DNA of 64,000 nucleotides from an uncultured Methanomassiliicoccales archaeon. GTDB taxonomy: Archaea; Thermoplasmatota; Thermoplasmata; Methanomassiliicoccales; UBA472. The stretch covers positions 256,001 through 320,000 of the forward strand of contig OY968769.1 of NCBI GenBank assembly GCA_963695345.1, in the 5' to 3' direction. Below the pieces are notes generated by a model, which saw nothing but the letters and a program-made list of their open reading frames with translations, was not told the origin of the DNA and did not search any database. A program made the translations under genes and the position numbers. This document shows positions 23,601 to 33,014 of this stretch, one piece after another; within the stretch, counting starts at the first letter, position 1, and every line of letters begins with the position of its first letter.

Positions 23601-23943
23601 CACGGAGATGCTCGACGTGCTAGGCCATAAACCGAAGAGCGTCTACGGAGGAGAGGAGGCCCTGCAACAGTACGCAGGAGCCATGGCTTCGGGAGATCCC
23701 TATGATCTCGTGATCATGGACCTGACAATTCCGAACGGGATGGGGGGCAAGGAGGCGATCGTGGAGATATTGAAGATCGACCCGAACGCCAGGGTCATTG
23801 TCTCCAGCGGTTACAGCAACGATCCGGTGATGAGTGACTTCCGTAAGTTCGGCTTCAGTTACGTCATGCCTAAGCCCTACAAGATGAAAGACTTCGAACT
23901 GGCGATCGAGAACGCCATGGCAGATGGGAACGGATCCCGATAA
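20638..23943 (+). CDS. hybrid sensor kinase (7TM - PAS repeats - HisKA - HATPase - receiver)
   Basis: N-terminal TM block, AGGIAHDFNN, FEPYFTTK, GMGL, receiver LVMDDE...MDLTIP...KPY. Confidence 0.92.
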   Translation: MDSIATLTLYNTIIVILAFILMVVVWRMSHQPSRYVFAAIQALIMVLMASYTFDVASSSLEEKLFFNNFEYLSMTFIPSFVMVLAFMTTGKTAWLTTRRLLPLFGISSFFYLALATNNYHHLFYSDVTLASDPIYSFVTVRGPLFYAFFIAALSELVIASLIIWKANRKSGLAQQRRMKVLIAACLSPAIMTFLGIMAEDWIPSEMMVITGILLSSVLLFFGTFGFELFRMLPFTFDSTVRTLKDGVLIVDENKMVLYANPALPALIGQPKEIELAGEFLDRLLPSFPFQLLDDKVSSENQEAEEIQILPGRFYDIQVSKIHNRKHTTISSLVTIREVTERKRLEEDTRQSRELYTKIFQSSPAAIVLSRVDNGELIEVNQMFVKISGYARHELIGHTTMELGIWENDGDHGQMVELARSNGVKRNIELNYRRKDGAMRICNASPQMIELDNIHCMLSVIEDITEKLEIEERIRINEEKFRTLFDYAGDGIYIADMKGSIIDANGKALDRLGYTHDELIGKGFAEIVAPGDIPQVIAGLQELWTTGNTFRELNGLSKQGKKVLAEINARTIDITGRKMLLIISRDITERREGERALRNEKERLDVTLNNISEGVIVTDMEGRTILANNSAANMLNLERKGMVGLKLGDIYHLEGSASGEDAVSAIVKALKNGSASTSYRVKLRSDQQYLLINESASPIFEGEKMVGAVLAFHDVTAEKNLEEEISKAARLRTIGALAGGIAHDFNNVLTIIMGNIELTRKSIGSETEPEKWLDDISRALERAKELSNQLLTFSKGGAPVKRDIALAEVINDAVSELSIDRTVRVDLNLSKDLGKINVDERQMKQALMHVLKNAHEAMPEGGVLGVSAVRSLIHERNPFLSPGEYVHIQIRDTGYGIPSTEMDHIFEPYFTTKQDHAGMGLAVAYSIVKAHGGHISIDSDVERGTMVHIHLPSMKPDKPSDKMAKKPAVRKNQLKILVMDDEQMIRELATEMLDVLGHKPKSVYGGEEALQQYAGAMASGDPYDLVIMDLTIPNGMGGKEAIVEILKIDPNARVIVSSGYSNDPVMSDFRKFGFSYVMPKPYKMKDFELAIENAMADGNGSR

Positions 23944-23983
23944 GTTAAGAAGGAGCGGGGCCCGCTTTGAGGTCGGAAAACGT

Positions 23984-24907
23984 TTATTGTGGGGTATTAA
24001 ACAGGTCAGTGCTCAGATACCTCTCCCCGGTGTCTGGGGCCACGAACACTACCTTCTTTCCCTTGCCGAGCTCCACTGCCACCTGTAACGCCGCGCACAA
24101 AGCCGCTCCGGACGATATTCCGGCCAGGATCCCTTCCTTTTTAGCGAGTAGTCGTGAGTGTTCGGCTGCGTCCTCATCCTTGATCTGAATTATGCGGTCG
24201 ACCACTTTCAGGTCCAGGACCGAGGGGATGAAACCCGCACCGATCCCTTGGATCTTATGAGGTCCCCTTTTTCCTCCGGAGAGGACCGGTGAGCCCGCTG
24301 GTTCTACAGCGATGATCTCGGTCTTCATACCTTTAGACTTCAGGTATGTGCCGACTCCCGTTACCGTCCCGCCGGTCCCGACTCCAGAAACGAATGCGTC
24401 CGGTTCAGGAAGGTCCGCCAGGATCTCCCGGGCTGTGGTTTCCATGTGTATCCGCGGGTTGGCCAGGTTGTCGAACTGAAGCGGGATGAAATTGTTCGGG
24501 TCGTTGTCGCACATCTCTTTCGCCTTGCAGATGGCGCCAGGCATGCCCTCGGGTCCAGGTGTAAGCACCAATCTCGCACCTAGGGCGGCTAGCAACTTAC
24601 GCCGTTCCACTGAGAAAGTCTCTGGCATGGTGAGAACCAGCTCGTACCCCTTGGCGGCGCAGACCATGGCCAGACCGATTCCGGTGTTGCCGGATGTCGG
24701 TTCGACGATCACCTTCTTCCCAGGAGCCAAGATTCCTCTATTTTCCGCATCCTCTATCATGGCCAGAGCGATCCGGTCCTTCACCGAATGCATCGGGTTG
24801 AATGATTCTAATTTGGCGTAGATGGTCGCAGCCCCCTCCGGCGCGATCCTGTTCAAGCGTACCAGCGGTGTTCTTCCGATGGTCTCGAGCACGTTATTGT
24901 AGAGCAT
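23984..24907 (-). CDS. cysK: cysteine synthase A
   Basis: KLESFNP..SVKDR, EPTSGNTG, GVGTGGT, HKIQGIG, GISSG, PDTGERYLS. Confidence 0.97.
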   Translation of the reverse strand: MLYNNVLETIGRTPLVRLNRIAPEGAATIYAKLESFNPMHSVKDRIALAMIEDAENRGILAPGKKVIVEPTSGNTGIGLAMVCAAKGYELVLTMPETFSVERRKLLAALGARLVLTPGPEGMPGAICKAKEMCDNDPNNFIPLQFDNLANPRIHMETTAREILADLPEPDAFVSGVGTGGTVTGVGTYLKSKGMKTEIIAVEPAGSPVLSGGKRGPHKIQGIGAGFIPSVLDLKVVDRIIQIKDEDAAEHSRLLAKKEGILAGISSGAALCAALQVAVELGKGKKVVFVAPDTGERYLSTDLFNTPQ

Positions 24908-25104
24908 CGTTCCTCACTCCATTTCCTGACCACTTTGAACGATATTTAATCTTAGCGATTGTTAAGGATGATAACTCATCGAACCTAACCCTTTGAGGCA
25001 GGGATGAGGGAAATTTATCCGCATAAGGTGAGGGCCGATCATTTGAGGGATGATCGAAGCGGTCATGACCTATTCGATCTATGACAATGAAAGGAGGAAG
25101 AAGT

Positions 25105-25890
25105 TCATGCCTTTCCATTCTTGATGTCGTCCCAGTTATCCCTGAGCTTGCTCCAATCCCAACCGCTGATTGCCTTGTTTGCTAGAACCAGCCCCTGAGC
25201 TGCCTTCTCGGCGTAGATACCGAGAGGGAATGACTCGATGAAGCTTCGATTGACCGCGCCGCCGGCGCAGATGAACGGCAGTTCGATACCTTTCTCCATG
25301 AGCTTGTTGGCGATCCTTGGGAACGCCGTCATGGTGGCGGTCATCAGGGCGGTCCCGGTCAGCACAATGGCTTCCGTCCGGATCACCGTCTTGACCACGT
25401 CGTCTACCGGCACATCCCGGCCCATATCGACCACACCGAACCCGTTGGATCTGAACATCACAACCGCGATATTCTTTCCGATATCGTGCGGGTCACCCTC
25501 TGCCACGTGCATGACGACCTTCCCTTTGCCGAGGAATTGGCCTTTCATGGTCCTTTCCGCGAATTTCAATCCGATGTCGAAGGCGTCGGAAGCCACCATG
25601 ACCTGCGGCAAATAGTAGATGCCACGGGCATAGAGTTCGCTTACCACCTCCATCCCTCTTAAGAGCCCTTTTTCGACCAGCTCCTCTGGACTGAACTTGG
25701 TAAGGGCGGCCTTGGTGTCGGCCTCAATCTCCTTATATCGCATCTGGACAACGTCCTCCGCGACCTTTTTGAGAAGTGGGTCCTTGGGGAGTATCTTGCT
25801 GGCGATCTCCTCCGGGCTGTCCTTGGCTTCAACCAGGATATCATATCTCTTGAATATTGGATCAAAATCGATATCGCTGAGATCAAACAT
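25105..25890 (-). CDS. mtaC: methanol corrinoid protein, second copy
   Basis: B12 motif DPHDIGK, GTALMT, GGAV; paralog of 27639-28424. Confidence 0.9.
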   Translation of the reverse strand: MFDLSDIDFDPIFKRYDILVEAKDSPEEIASKILPKDPLLKKVAEDVVQMRYKEIEADTKAALTKFSPEELVEKGLLRGMEVVSELYARGIYYLPQVMVASDAFDIGLKFAERTMKGQFLGKGKVVMHVAEGDPHDIGKNIAVVMFRSNGFGVVDMGRDVPVDDVVKTVIRTEAIVLTGTALMTATMTAFPRIANKLMEKGIELPFICAGGAVNRSFIESFPLGIYAEKAAQGLVLANKAISGWDWSKLRDNWDDIKNGKA

Positions 25891-26165
25891 GTAGAGGCCC
25901 CGTTTTCTATTGATTATTGGTACTCTTCCGACACTGTCACGCAGATGGGGATTCATTTTGAATGTATTTATAGTACAATTTTATTTCTGATAATTATTAT
26001 AATAAGGTCGTTCGTAGCGAACCATGCCCTTATGGATATTGGTGGATGGTTTGTCCAAGAAATGCCTTCACTTGATATAGTTGACTTGTTGTGGTAACGA
26101 GGTCGATCTGACACTGATTCTGTTTTCAGAACAAGAGTGAATTATCGCCATCATATTTGCGGTTA

Positions 26166-26193
26166 GAAAAAGAAGGGAAAAGGTTTTTGAAAG
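26166..26193 (-). terminator. pyrimidine-rich archaeal terminator after mtaB
   Basis: Minus strand reads CTTTCAAAAACCTTTTCCCTTCTTTTTC about 20 nt after the mtaB stop. Confidence 0.55.
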
Positions 26194-26214
26194 AGTTTGC
26201 CGAATCTAAGAGTT

Positions 26215-27621
26215 TTACAACTCGTAGTTCTTCGGGTTGAACGCCTGGACGTCCTTGTAGGCCTTGAGGCACTGGTCGAGGAACTTGGACTCCTCGTCCG
26301 GCAGGGCCTTCAAGTCGGTCATGACCTTGTTCAGCATGTCGCTCTCGTGCTTGGAGAGCTTCAGGCCGTTCTTGGTCTTGGCGGACTCGGAGATCAACTC
26401 GGCTGCCTTCAGACCGGCTGCCTTTGACCTCAGGTATATGCTGTCGCCTTCTGCGACAATTGCCTCACCGATCTTGTAGGCGTTGTCGTAGCGCAGACAG
26501 AATGCCTCTGGGGATCTGTACGAGTCGCATGCGGCGTAGATGTCCCTGAGGACCTTGTCCTGCTTCAGCTGCTTGGCGGTGTTCATCAAGGCGGCTTCGT
26601 ATCCTATGACTCCGAGCCAGCACTGTACGGATGAGCCACCGAACTCTGGGTGGTATTCAACCGACTCGTTGGACCACAGGTCGCAGGTCGAGGCGATCAG
26701 GTTACCCATCAGGTCAGCATGTGCGTCCTGGGCTCCCTTTCCCTCTTGGGCGGATGGGCGTCCAGAGATTGCCTTCAGGATCGGGCCTTCATAGCCGCAG
26801 TCCTTGTCCGGGCCAGTTGCACCGCACTCGATTGCCACCAGGGTTCTGGCGGAAGCGATGCAGCGGGTAACTGCCGCGAAGGTCCTCGGGATATCCTTGT
26901 CCAGGTAGCCACCGGCCATGAACATCGAGGTGTTGGCGCCTGCGCAGTTTGTGTCTCCGCCGGCGATGACCTTGTTCTTCTTGGCGATGTCAACGATCTT
27001 GGTCCACATGTACTCCATGTCGATGGAGCCCAGGTAGCCGATACCGAAGAGCCATCCGCGGATATCCTGGTGCAGGATACCGTAGTCGGACATCTCCTTG
27101 CCGCCCATGGATTCGATCGAGAGGACATCGGCGCCGTTCTTGGCTGCGACTTCGATGGACTCGATGACCTTCTCCGGGTAGGAGGACTTCTTGTCCATGC
27201 CTTCCCTCAGGCCCTTCTCGGCCTCTCTCATGTCAGGCAGGGTGTGCCTGATGGCGGTTGCAATGCCGTACTCATCGTGGTACTTCTTCATGCACTCCTT
27301 CTGGCCTGCGACAACTGGCTTGGCGAACTTTTCCGGGTCGTTTCCGAGCTGGAAAATCCACTCGTTCTCCAGCTGAACTGCTGGGAAACCGAGGGTTACT
27401 GCCCTGTCCATGATGTCCTTGGTTATGTAGTCGACGTACTCGCGCCTCAGGGTGTCCGGGTTCTTCTCAGCGCCGGGCCTTGGGGCGAAGTTGATCTCTG
27501 GTACAACGAATCCCGCACCGGCCTTCATTCCGAGACCGTATGATACCGGGTATTTCGCGTCACCGAAGACGAGGTCGTCTGCGCTCTTGACTTCCATCTT
27601 TGTGAATCTCTTTACTGCCAT
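26215..27621 (-). CDS. mtaB: methanol:corrinoid methyltransferase
   Basis: About 468 aa; APRPGAE, IESMGGKE, GGDTNC, GPDKDCGYE, DLWSNESVEY; RBS GGAGGTG; directly downstream of mtaC. Confidence 0.93.
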   Translation of the reverse strand: MAVKRFTKMEVKSADDLVFGDAKYPVSYGLGMKAGAGFVVPEINFAPRPGAEKNPDTLRREYVDYITKDIMDRAVTLGFPAVQLENEWIFQLGNDPEKFAKPVVAGQKECMKKYHDEYGIATAIRHTLPDMREAEKGLREGMDKKSSYPEKVIESIEVAAKNGADVLSIESMGGKEMSDYGILHQDIRGWLFGIGYLGSIDMEYMWTKIVDIAKKNKVIAGGDTNCAGANTSMFMAGGYLDKDIPRTFAAVTRCIASARTLVAIECGATGPDKDCGYEGPILKAISGRPSAQEGKGAQDAHADLMGNLIASTCDLWSNESVEYHPEFGGSSVQCWLGVIGYEAALMNTAKQLKQDKVLRDIYAACDSYRSPEAFCLRYDNAYKIGEAIVAEGDSIYLRSKAAGLKAAELISESAKTKNGLKLSKHESDMLNKVMTDLKALPDEESKFLDQCLKAYKDVQAFNPKNYEL

Positions 27622-27638
27622 GTTTAGCACCTCCTAAT

Positions 27639-28424
27639 TTACGCCTTCCCGCTTGTGATGTCGTCCCACTTGGAGCGAATCTTCTTCCAGTCCCAGCCAT
27701 CGATTGCCTTGTTGGCAATTCCCGGTCCCTGAGCTGCGGCTGCAGCGTAGATACCGAGTGGGTAAGACTCTACGAACGACCTGTTCACTGCACCGCCGGC
27801 GCAGATGAACGGGATCTCCATTCCGTTCTCGACGAGCCTCTGGGCTACCTTCGGGAATGCGGACATGGTGGTGGTCATGAGTGCGGTTCCGGTTACGAGC
27901 TGGGGCTTGACTTCCAGGCAGGTCTTCACTACATCATCAACCGGTACATCCCGGCCCATGTCAGTGACACCGTATCCGTTGGATCTCAGCATAACGGCGG
28001 CGATGTTCTTGCCGATGTCGTGCGGGTCTCCCTCGGCGACCATCATGACGACGTGGCCCTTCATGACCCTGTCGCCCTTCATGGCCTTCTCAGCGACCTT
28101 GATGCCCTTGTCGAATGCGTCTGCGGCGACCATGACGTGCGGCAGGTAGTAGATACCCCGTCCGTACAGCTCGGCGACGACATCCATTCCCTTCAGGAGT
28201 CCCTGCTCAACCAGGACTTCCGGGGTATGCTTGGCCAGTGCGGCCTTTGCATCAGCCTCGACGTCCTTGTACTTCATGAATACAACGTCTTCGGCGACTT
28301 TCTTCAACAAAGCGTCCTTCGGGAGAATCTTTGCTGCTATGTCTTCTGGCTTCTCTTTAGCCTCTACGAGGATATCGTAGCGCTTGAAGATCTGGTCGTA
28401 GTTTACACTACTTAGGTCCATCAT
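27639..28424 (-). CDS. mtaC: methanol corrinoid protein
   Basis: DPHDIGK motif, GTALMTTT; RBS GAGGTG at 28431-28436. Confidence 0.93.
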   Translation of the reverse strand: MMDLSSVNYDQIFKRYDILVEAKEKPEDIAAKILPKDALLKKVAEDVVFMKYKDVEADAKAALAKHTPEVLVEQGLLKGMDVVAELYGRGIYYLPHVMVAADAFDKGIKVAEKAMKGDRVMKGHVVMMVAEGDPHDIGKNIAAVMLRSNGYGVTDMGRDVPVDDVVKTCLEVKPQLVTGTALMTTTMSAFPKVAQRLVENGMEIPFICAGGAVNRSFVESYPLGIYAAAAAQGPGIANKAIDGWDWKKIRSKWDDITSGKA

Positions 28425-28499
28425 TTTATACACCTCAGATATCCCAAAATCCCAATCGAGGATCTTAGGGTCTCCTCCGGGACAGGGGATTCCTTTTCC

Positions 28500-29095
28500 G
28501 TGTATATAAATCAATTGTTATTGTGATAAATTCATAACTCAACTGAGTGAATAAAAATACTCAACTAAATGATGATATTGCGCACAAAAAATCAATTACT
28601 GGATATCATTAATAGAAAAAAATTATTAATTAATCTGCTTAAATACCAAAAATTGACAGAACAGATATATTAGCAATAAATAATATAATGATTCCTATAA
28701 TCAATTGTCTTTTCAAATCTCCGTTTTAGCATATTGTATCCAGCCGGAAATTGCCCTCGGTCGAAATACTCGTCACAGATTTCCCTGCATAATGGAATAA
28801 TCAGAGTAACTTTGGAATATATGATTCCACATGATTATGCCCTTCATCCACTATCATGAATGATATTTGCCCCATGATTCAGTATGTGCCAGATATTTTT
28901 ATTAGTTACGGAAGAAGAATGATAAAGATCAATATTCATTTGATGACGATTGGGCTATTGATGTGGGTCTGATACCAGTTCCCCGCGACGTAGGTAATTT
29001 ACGACGTTTTTCAATTCATATCTGAATTTTTTGAGCCGATAGTGAGTTTGAAATAATCACTCTTGGTTATGACCTTGAAAGGTTAACGATTGTTT
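28500..29095. promoter_or_regulatory. AT-rich divergent promoter region for mtaCB and the homocysteine synthesis operon
   Basis: About 600 nt without an ORF, strongly AT-rich; TTTATATA on the minus strand at 28503-28510. Confidence 0.65.
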
Positions 29096-29141
29096 GGAAA
29101 TCATTCGTGTGACTGCATACCGTGAGAAGGAACGTGATTTC

Positions 29142-30308
29142 GTGAAAAGGACCTATGAAGAGATCAACGCGAGGATCGCCAAAGGTGACGCTGTCGTCAT
29201 GACCGCAGAGGAGGTCATCGATTTAGTCAGGGTGGAAGGGGTCGAACGGGCGGCTGAAGAGGTTGATGTTGTCACCACGGGAACTTTCGGAGCGATGTGC
29301 TCATCGGGGGCATTCTTGAACTTTGGTCACGCAGAACCGCCCATCAAAATGCAAAAGGTTTGGCTGAACGATGTCCCGGCATTTACCGGCCTGGCCGCTG
29401 TGGATGCCTATGTGGGAGCCACTGAGACCAAGGAGAATGGCGACATCAGCTACGGAGGGGCGAATATCATAGAAGACCTGGTTGCCGGCAAATCGATAAA
29501 GCTGAGGGCAACGGCATACGGGACCGACTGCTATCCTCGCCGAGAGATCGAAACCCACATTTCCCTGAGGACGATCAACCAAGCCTACCTCTTCAATCCA
29601 CGGAACATGTATCAGAACTATGCCGTGGCCACCAATTCATCGGACAAGACCCTGTATACGTATATGGGAAAACTGCTTCCACACAACGGCAACGCCACTT
29701 TCAGCAGTGCCGGTCAGCTTTCTCCGTTATTGAAGGACCCTACATTGCGCACCATCGGCATTGGTACCAGGATATTTCTCGGGGGCGGAAAGGGCTACGT
29801 CTCCTGGGAGGGCACCCAGTTCAAGACCAACGTACCGACAAGGAACGGAGTCCCGACCATGGCGGCCCGGGCGCTGGCGGTCATTGGTGATCTACGTGGC
29901 ATGTCCCCGGAATACCTCAGGGCACTTCACTTCACCAGGTACGGTGTCTCCCTGGGGGTCGGCATCGGCGTCCCGATCCCCATTCTAGATGAGTCGATCA
30001 TGAGGTCCGCCGCGAGGACCGACGCAGAAATATTCGCACCGGTCCTGGACTATGGAGTACAATCGCGGGACAGGAAGGCCATCAAGGAGGTGAGCTACAT
30101 GGAACTCAAGAGCGGAACCATCAACATCAACGAAAAAGAGGTGCGCACCTCCTCCCTCTCCAGTTATCGTAAGGCAAGGGACATTGCGGTCAAGTTGAGG
30201 GACTGGATCCGGAATGGCGAGTTCCTACTGACCTCCCCGGTCGAACTGATGCCCGATGAACGGATACAGAAGACCTTGGACGCGCATGCCAACTGGGAGT
30301 TGGTATGA
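29142..30308 (+). CDS. homocysteine biosynthesis protein (L-aspartate semialdehyde sulfurtransferase, MJ0100/DUF39 family) without CBS domains
   Basis: KRTYEEINARI, DVVTTGTFGAMCSSG, GTDCYPR, NPRN, IGIGTRIFLGG. Confidence 0.9.
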   Translation: MKRTYEEINARIAKGDAVVMTAEEVIDLVRVEGVERAAEEVDVVTTGTFGAMCSSGAFLNFGHAEPPIKMQKVWLNDVPAFTGLAAVDAYVGATETKENGDISYGGANIIEDLVAGKSIKLRATAYGTDCYPRREIETHISLRTINQAYLFNPRNMYQNYAVATNSSDKTLYTYMGKLLPHNGNATFSSAGQLSPLLKDPTLRTIGIGTRIFLGGGKGYVSWEGTQFKTNVPTRNGVPTMAARALAVIGDLRGMSPEYLRALHFTRYGVSLGVGIGVPIPILDESIMRSAARTDAEIFAPVLDYGVQSRDRKAIKEVSYMELKSGTININEKEVRTSSLSSYRKARDIAVKLRDWIRNGEFLLTSPVELMPDERIQKTLDAHANWELV

Positions 30309-30730
30309 TGACGGTCAGGAAGTTTCTGCTCGTGTTCCCACCGGCCGTGGCCAACCAGCCGGTCACCCATGGCCTCTGGCGGAATTTCGACATATCGGTC
30401 AACATATTGAAGGCGGACATCGATGAGAGCGGGGGAAGGCTGTTCATCGAATTGACCGGCGCACCAGATGAGACCGCCAAGGCACTGGACTACCTGGCCA
30501 AACATAAGGTCCGGGTCGAAGAGCTGAAGAACTACGTCCGGAGGGACGGGAAGAAGTGCACCGACTGCGGAATGTGCGTGTCCATCTGCCCGGTGAAGGC
30601 GTACGAGATGGACCGGTCAGACTACCATGTCATATTTCACCTGGAGAGGTGCGTCGCCTGCGGCCGTTGCCTCGACGCCTGCCCTCCCGGGGCCCTATCG
30701 AAGGGGCGTTCGTCGGTCGTGTCCCAGTGA
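30305..30730 (+). CDS. NIL domain + 2[4Fe-4S] ferredoxin subunit (MJ0099-like)
   Basis: VNILKA, CTDCGMCVSICP, CVACGRCLDACP; overlaps the upstream stop. Confidence 0.9.
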   Translation: MMTVRKFLLVFPPAVANQPVTHGLWRNFDISVNILKADIDESGGRLFIELTGAPDETAKALDYLAKHKVRVEELKNYVRRDGKKCTDCGMCVSICPVKAYEMDRSDYHVIFHLERCVACGRCLDACPPGALSKGRSSVVSQ

Positions 30731-30787
30731 ACTGCCGGAAGAGGCGGTGCCATTCTTCGGTAGGTTGCCATAAGGGTCCGGTATGGT

Positions 30788-32044
30788 TCACTTTTCCTTC
30801 TTCTCGACCGCCTTTCCCCGCCGGAGCCTGCGTGCGCCCGCTATCAGCACCGCGCACAGGACGATCGGCGGGATCAGGACGGCGGCGAGGACGATCCATT
30901 CGTTGCCCTCGTTGACCTGACCGAGCTCGAAGAGACCGGTCGACGAGCCGAACGCCACCGTGCCGTTCACGGTGATAGCCGGAGAGCCGACCGACCCAGT
31001 GCTGATCCGATATGTCCAGCGCACCACCCCGTCGGTTTGGACCGAATACATGGTGGTATCAGACCCGGCGTAGCATATTCCCTTGGAATCAATGGCCAAC
31101 GACCGAGTGACGTTGAATCCGTCGAGCTTCAGGATCCAGTCGACACTTCCGTTCTGGTCTATCGCCAACAGGTTACCGTTCCCGGTCAGGAGCATCGAAG
31201 TCCCGTCGGGACCAATGCCCACCGAGGACCGGATAGGCTCACCGGTATAGAACGACCAGACGAGCTTTCCGGCCGGGCTGATGCAGAAGACCGTACCCTC
31301 GTCGGTTCCGAAGTGGATGTTGCCCATCGAATCGATCGAGGGCGATGATCGCACCGGGCCCGAGGCCAGGAACTTCCATAGCACAGTCCCGTCGTACGCG
31401 ACCGCGTAAAGCCCTCCATCGTCTGACCCGAAATAGATGGCACCGTCCGATGACACGGCCGGTGATGAGCGCGAGGTGACGTTCTGCAGGACCCTCCAAT
31501 TGAGATCGCCATCCAAGGTGAACGACATCAGACCGGCCGATGTGACATAGATAGTACTATTGCCCACTATCGTAGGCGAGGACCAGATAGGCGCGCTGGT
31601 GTTGAAATCCCACCACATGCTGCCATTCCCGTCCAGGCAGTAGATCGACATGTCAAGGCTGCCCACATAGGCGGTATCGTTCCAGCCTACCGCCGGCGTT
31701 CCCACGAGGCTACCGTTACCCACGTGCCGGTTCATGGCGGCTTGGTCTGCGCTCATCCGGTAAAGGACCGTGCCCGAGCTGGCGAAGTACGTTCCCCGGG
31801 CCGAAATGACGATCGAGGCATTGCCTGTCGCCCAGATCGGTACCCAGTTGACCGCTTGACCCGGGTTGGCCGATGTATCGAAGGAGGACCGGCAGGTGTG
31901 GCCTTGATCGGCCATGAACATGGGCCAGGGTGCCGCAGCGGCCTCCGCGTACGCGCTCTGACCGACCATCGACGTCATGGTCAGGGTCAGCAGCGCGGTT
32001 ATGATCAAAAACGTCCTGAACTTCATCCCGATCCCGATACTCAC
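30788..32044 (-). CDS. PQQ-like beta-propeller repeat surface protein
   Basis: Signal peptide, WPMF motif, repeated SSPAI..DG.IYFGS.DG..W.F units, C-terminal TM with basic tail. Confidence 0.85.
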   Translation of the reverse strand: MSIGIGMKFRTFLIITALLTLTMTSMVGQSAYAEAAAAPWPMFMADQGHTCRSSFDTSANPGQAVNWVPIWATGNASIVISARGTYFASSGTVLYRMSADQAAMNRHVGNGSLVGTPAVGWNDTAYVGSLDMSIYCLDGNGSMWWDFNTSAPIWSSPTIVGNSTIYVTSAGLMSFTLDGDLNWRVLQNVTSRSSPAVSSDGAIYFGSDDGGLYAVAYDGTVLWKFLASGPVRSSPSIDSMGNIHFGTDEGTVFCISPAGKLVWSFYTGEPIRSSVGIGPDGTSMLLTGNGNLLAIDQNGSVDWILKLDGFNVTRSLAIDSKGICYAGSDTTMYSVQTDGVVRWTYRISTGSVGSPAITVNGTVAFGSSTGLFELGQVNEGNEWIVLAAVLIPPIVLCAVLIAGARRLRRGKAVEKKEK

Positions 32045-32225
32045 CAGGATAGTTGGAGATAATACTTTCCACGATTGCTCTGACCGGAAGGCATCGAGCT
32101 AGGTAAAATGGTCCAGGAGGCGAAGCCGCGAGGCATGGATGAATGCGGTGCCACCGCCAAGTTCTTATCCTCGCAGGCCCAAACAGTTTAGCCCTGGTTG
32201 ACCGTGTCGTCTCAGGGAGATTATC

Positions 32226-32840
32226 ATGGTGGACTACGAAGCGCTGCTAACAAAGTTCCGGGCATGGACGGACGGTCTTGACCCGATCGAGAGCAGGATC
32301 GCCCTCTTCGAGCGTGTACGGGACATCCCTTTCCGGCCCACCGTCAACCTTTACGGGGACCGGGACGCCCCGGAAAGGACCATCACCCACAACTATGGCA
32401 GCAGCGAGGCGAAGAGCATCCTGCTCGGAACGCTCCTGGAGATGCTGAACATCCGGGTGATGTATGCCACCTATTCGTTCCGCTGGGAAAACCTCCGGGT
32501 GGAGTTCCCCTCGAGCCTGAAACAGTACGTGAGGGCCATCCCGGTCTCCTTCCACACCGCGCTCAAGGCAGAGATCGACGGAGACCTGGTATTGATCGAC
32601 CCGTCCTATGACCCGCCCCTGGCAAAGGCAGGGTTCCGGTTGAACCGCTCATGGGACGGAATGTCGGAGATGATGTTGGGAGTGGTGGAACGTGAAGAGA
32701 TCGTGCATATCGACCAGAACGAGCGGGCGAAGTACGCCAAACTGCGTCACGATCACTACGACCCGGAACAGATCGATTCGCTCACGGAATTCTACGAGAA
32801 GCTCAATCTTTGGCTTGAGACATTGAGGATAGAGAAGTGA
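32226..32840 (+). CDS. transglutaminase-like hypothetical protein
   Basis: FERVRDIP, GSSEAK, H...IDG..VLIDPSYD pattern. Confidence 0.55.
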   Translation: MVDYEALLTKFRAWTDGLDPIESRIALFERVRDIPFRPTVNLYGDRDAPERTITHNYGSSEAKSILLGTLLEMLNIRVMYATYSFRWENLRVEFPSSLKQYVRAIPVSFHTALKAEIDGDLVLIDPSYDPPLAKAGFRLNRSWDGMSEMMLGVVEREEIVHIDQNERAKYAKLRHDHYDPEQIDSLTEFYEKLNLWLETLRIEK

Positions 32841-32842
32841 AA

Positions 32843-32931
32843 TGGAGCAGGGACCGCGATTTGAACACGGGTATGCGGATATCCGCCATTGAAGGCTGCA
32901 GTCCGCCACATGGCCGCTCTGTCATCCCTGC
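32843..32931 (-). tRNA. tRNA-Cys(GCA) with 15-nt canonical (37/38) intron at 32881-32895 and encoded CCA
   Basis: Acceptor stem GCAGGGA/TCCCTGC, discriminator U, CCA; anticodon stem GCGGA/TCCGC around CT-GCA-G; T-loop GTTCAAAT; intron forms a bulge-helix-bulge; TATA-like element about 25 nt upstream. Confidence 0.95.
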
Positions 32932-33014
32932 GTATCGGGCTAAATCTGTTCAACATATATTAGTCTATCTTCTACTGGTCGTTTATGCGGAATCGGCCTT
33001 TTGCGAATAACAGG

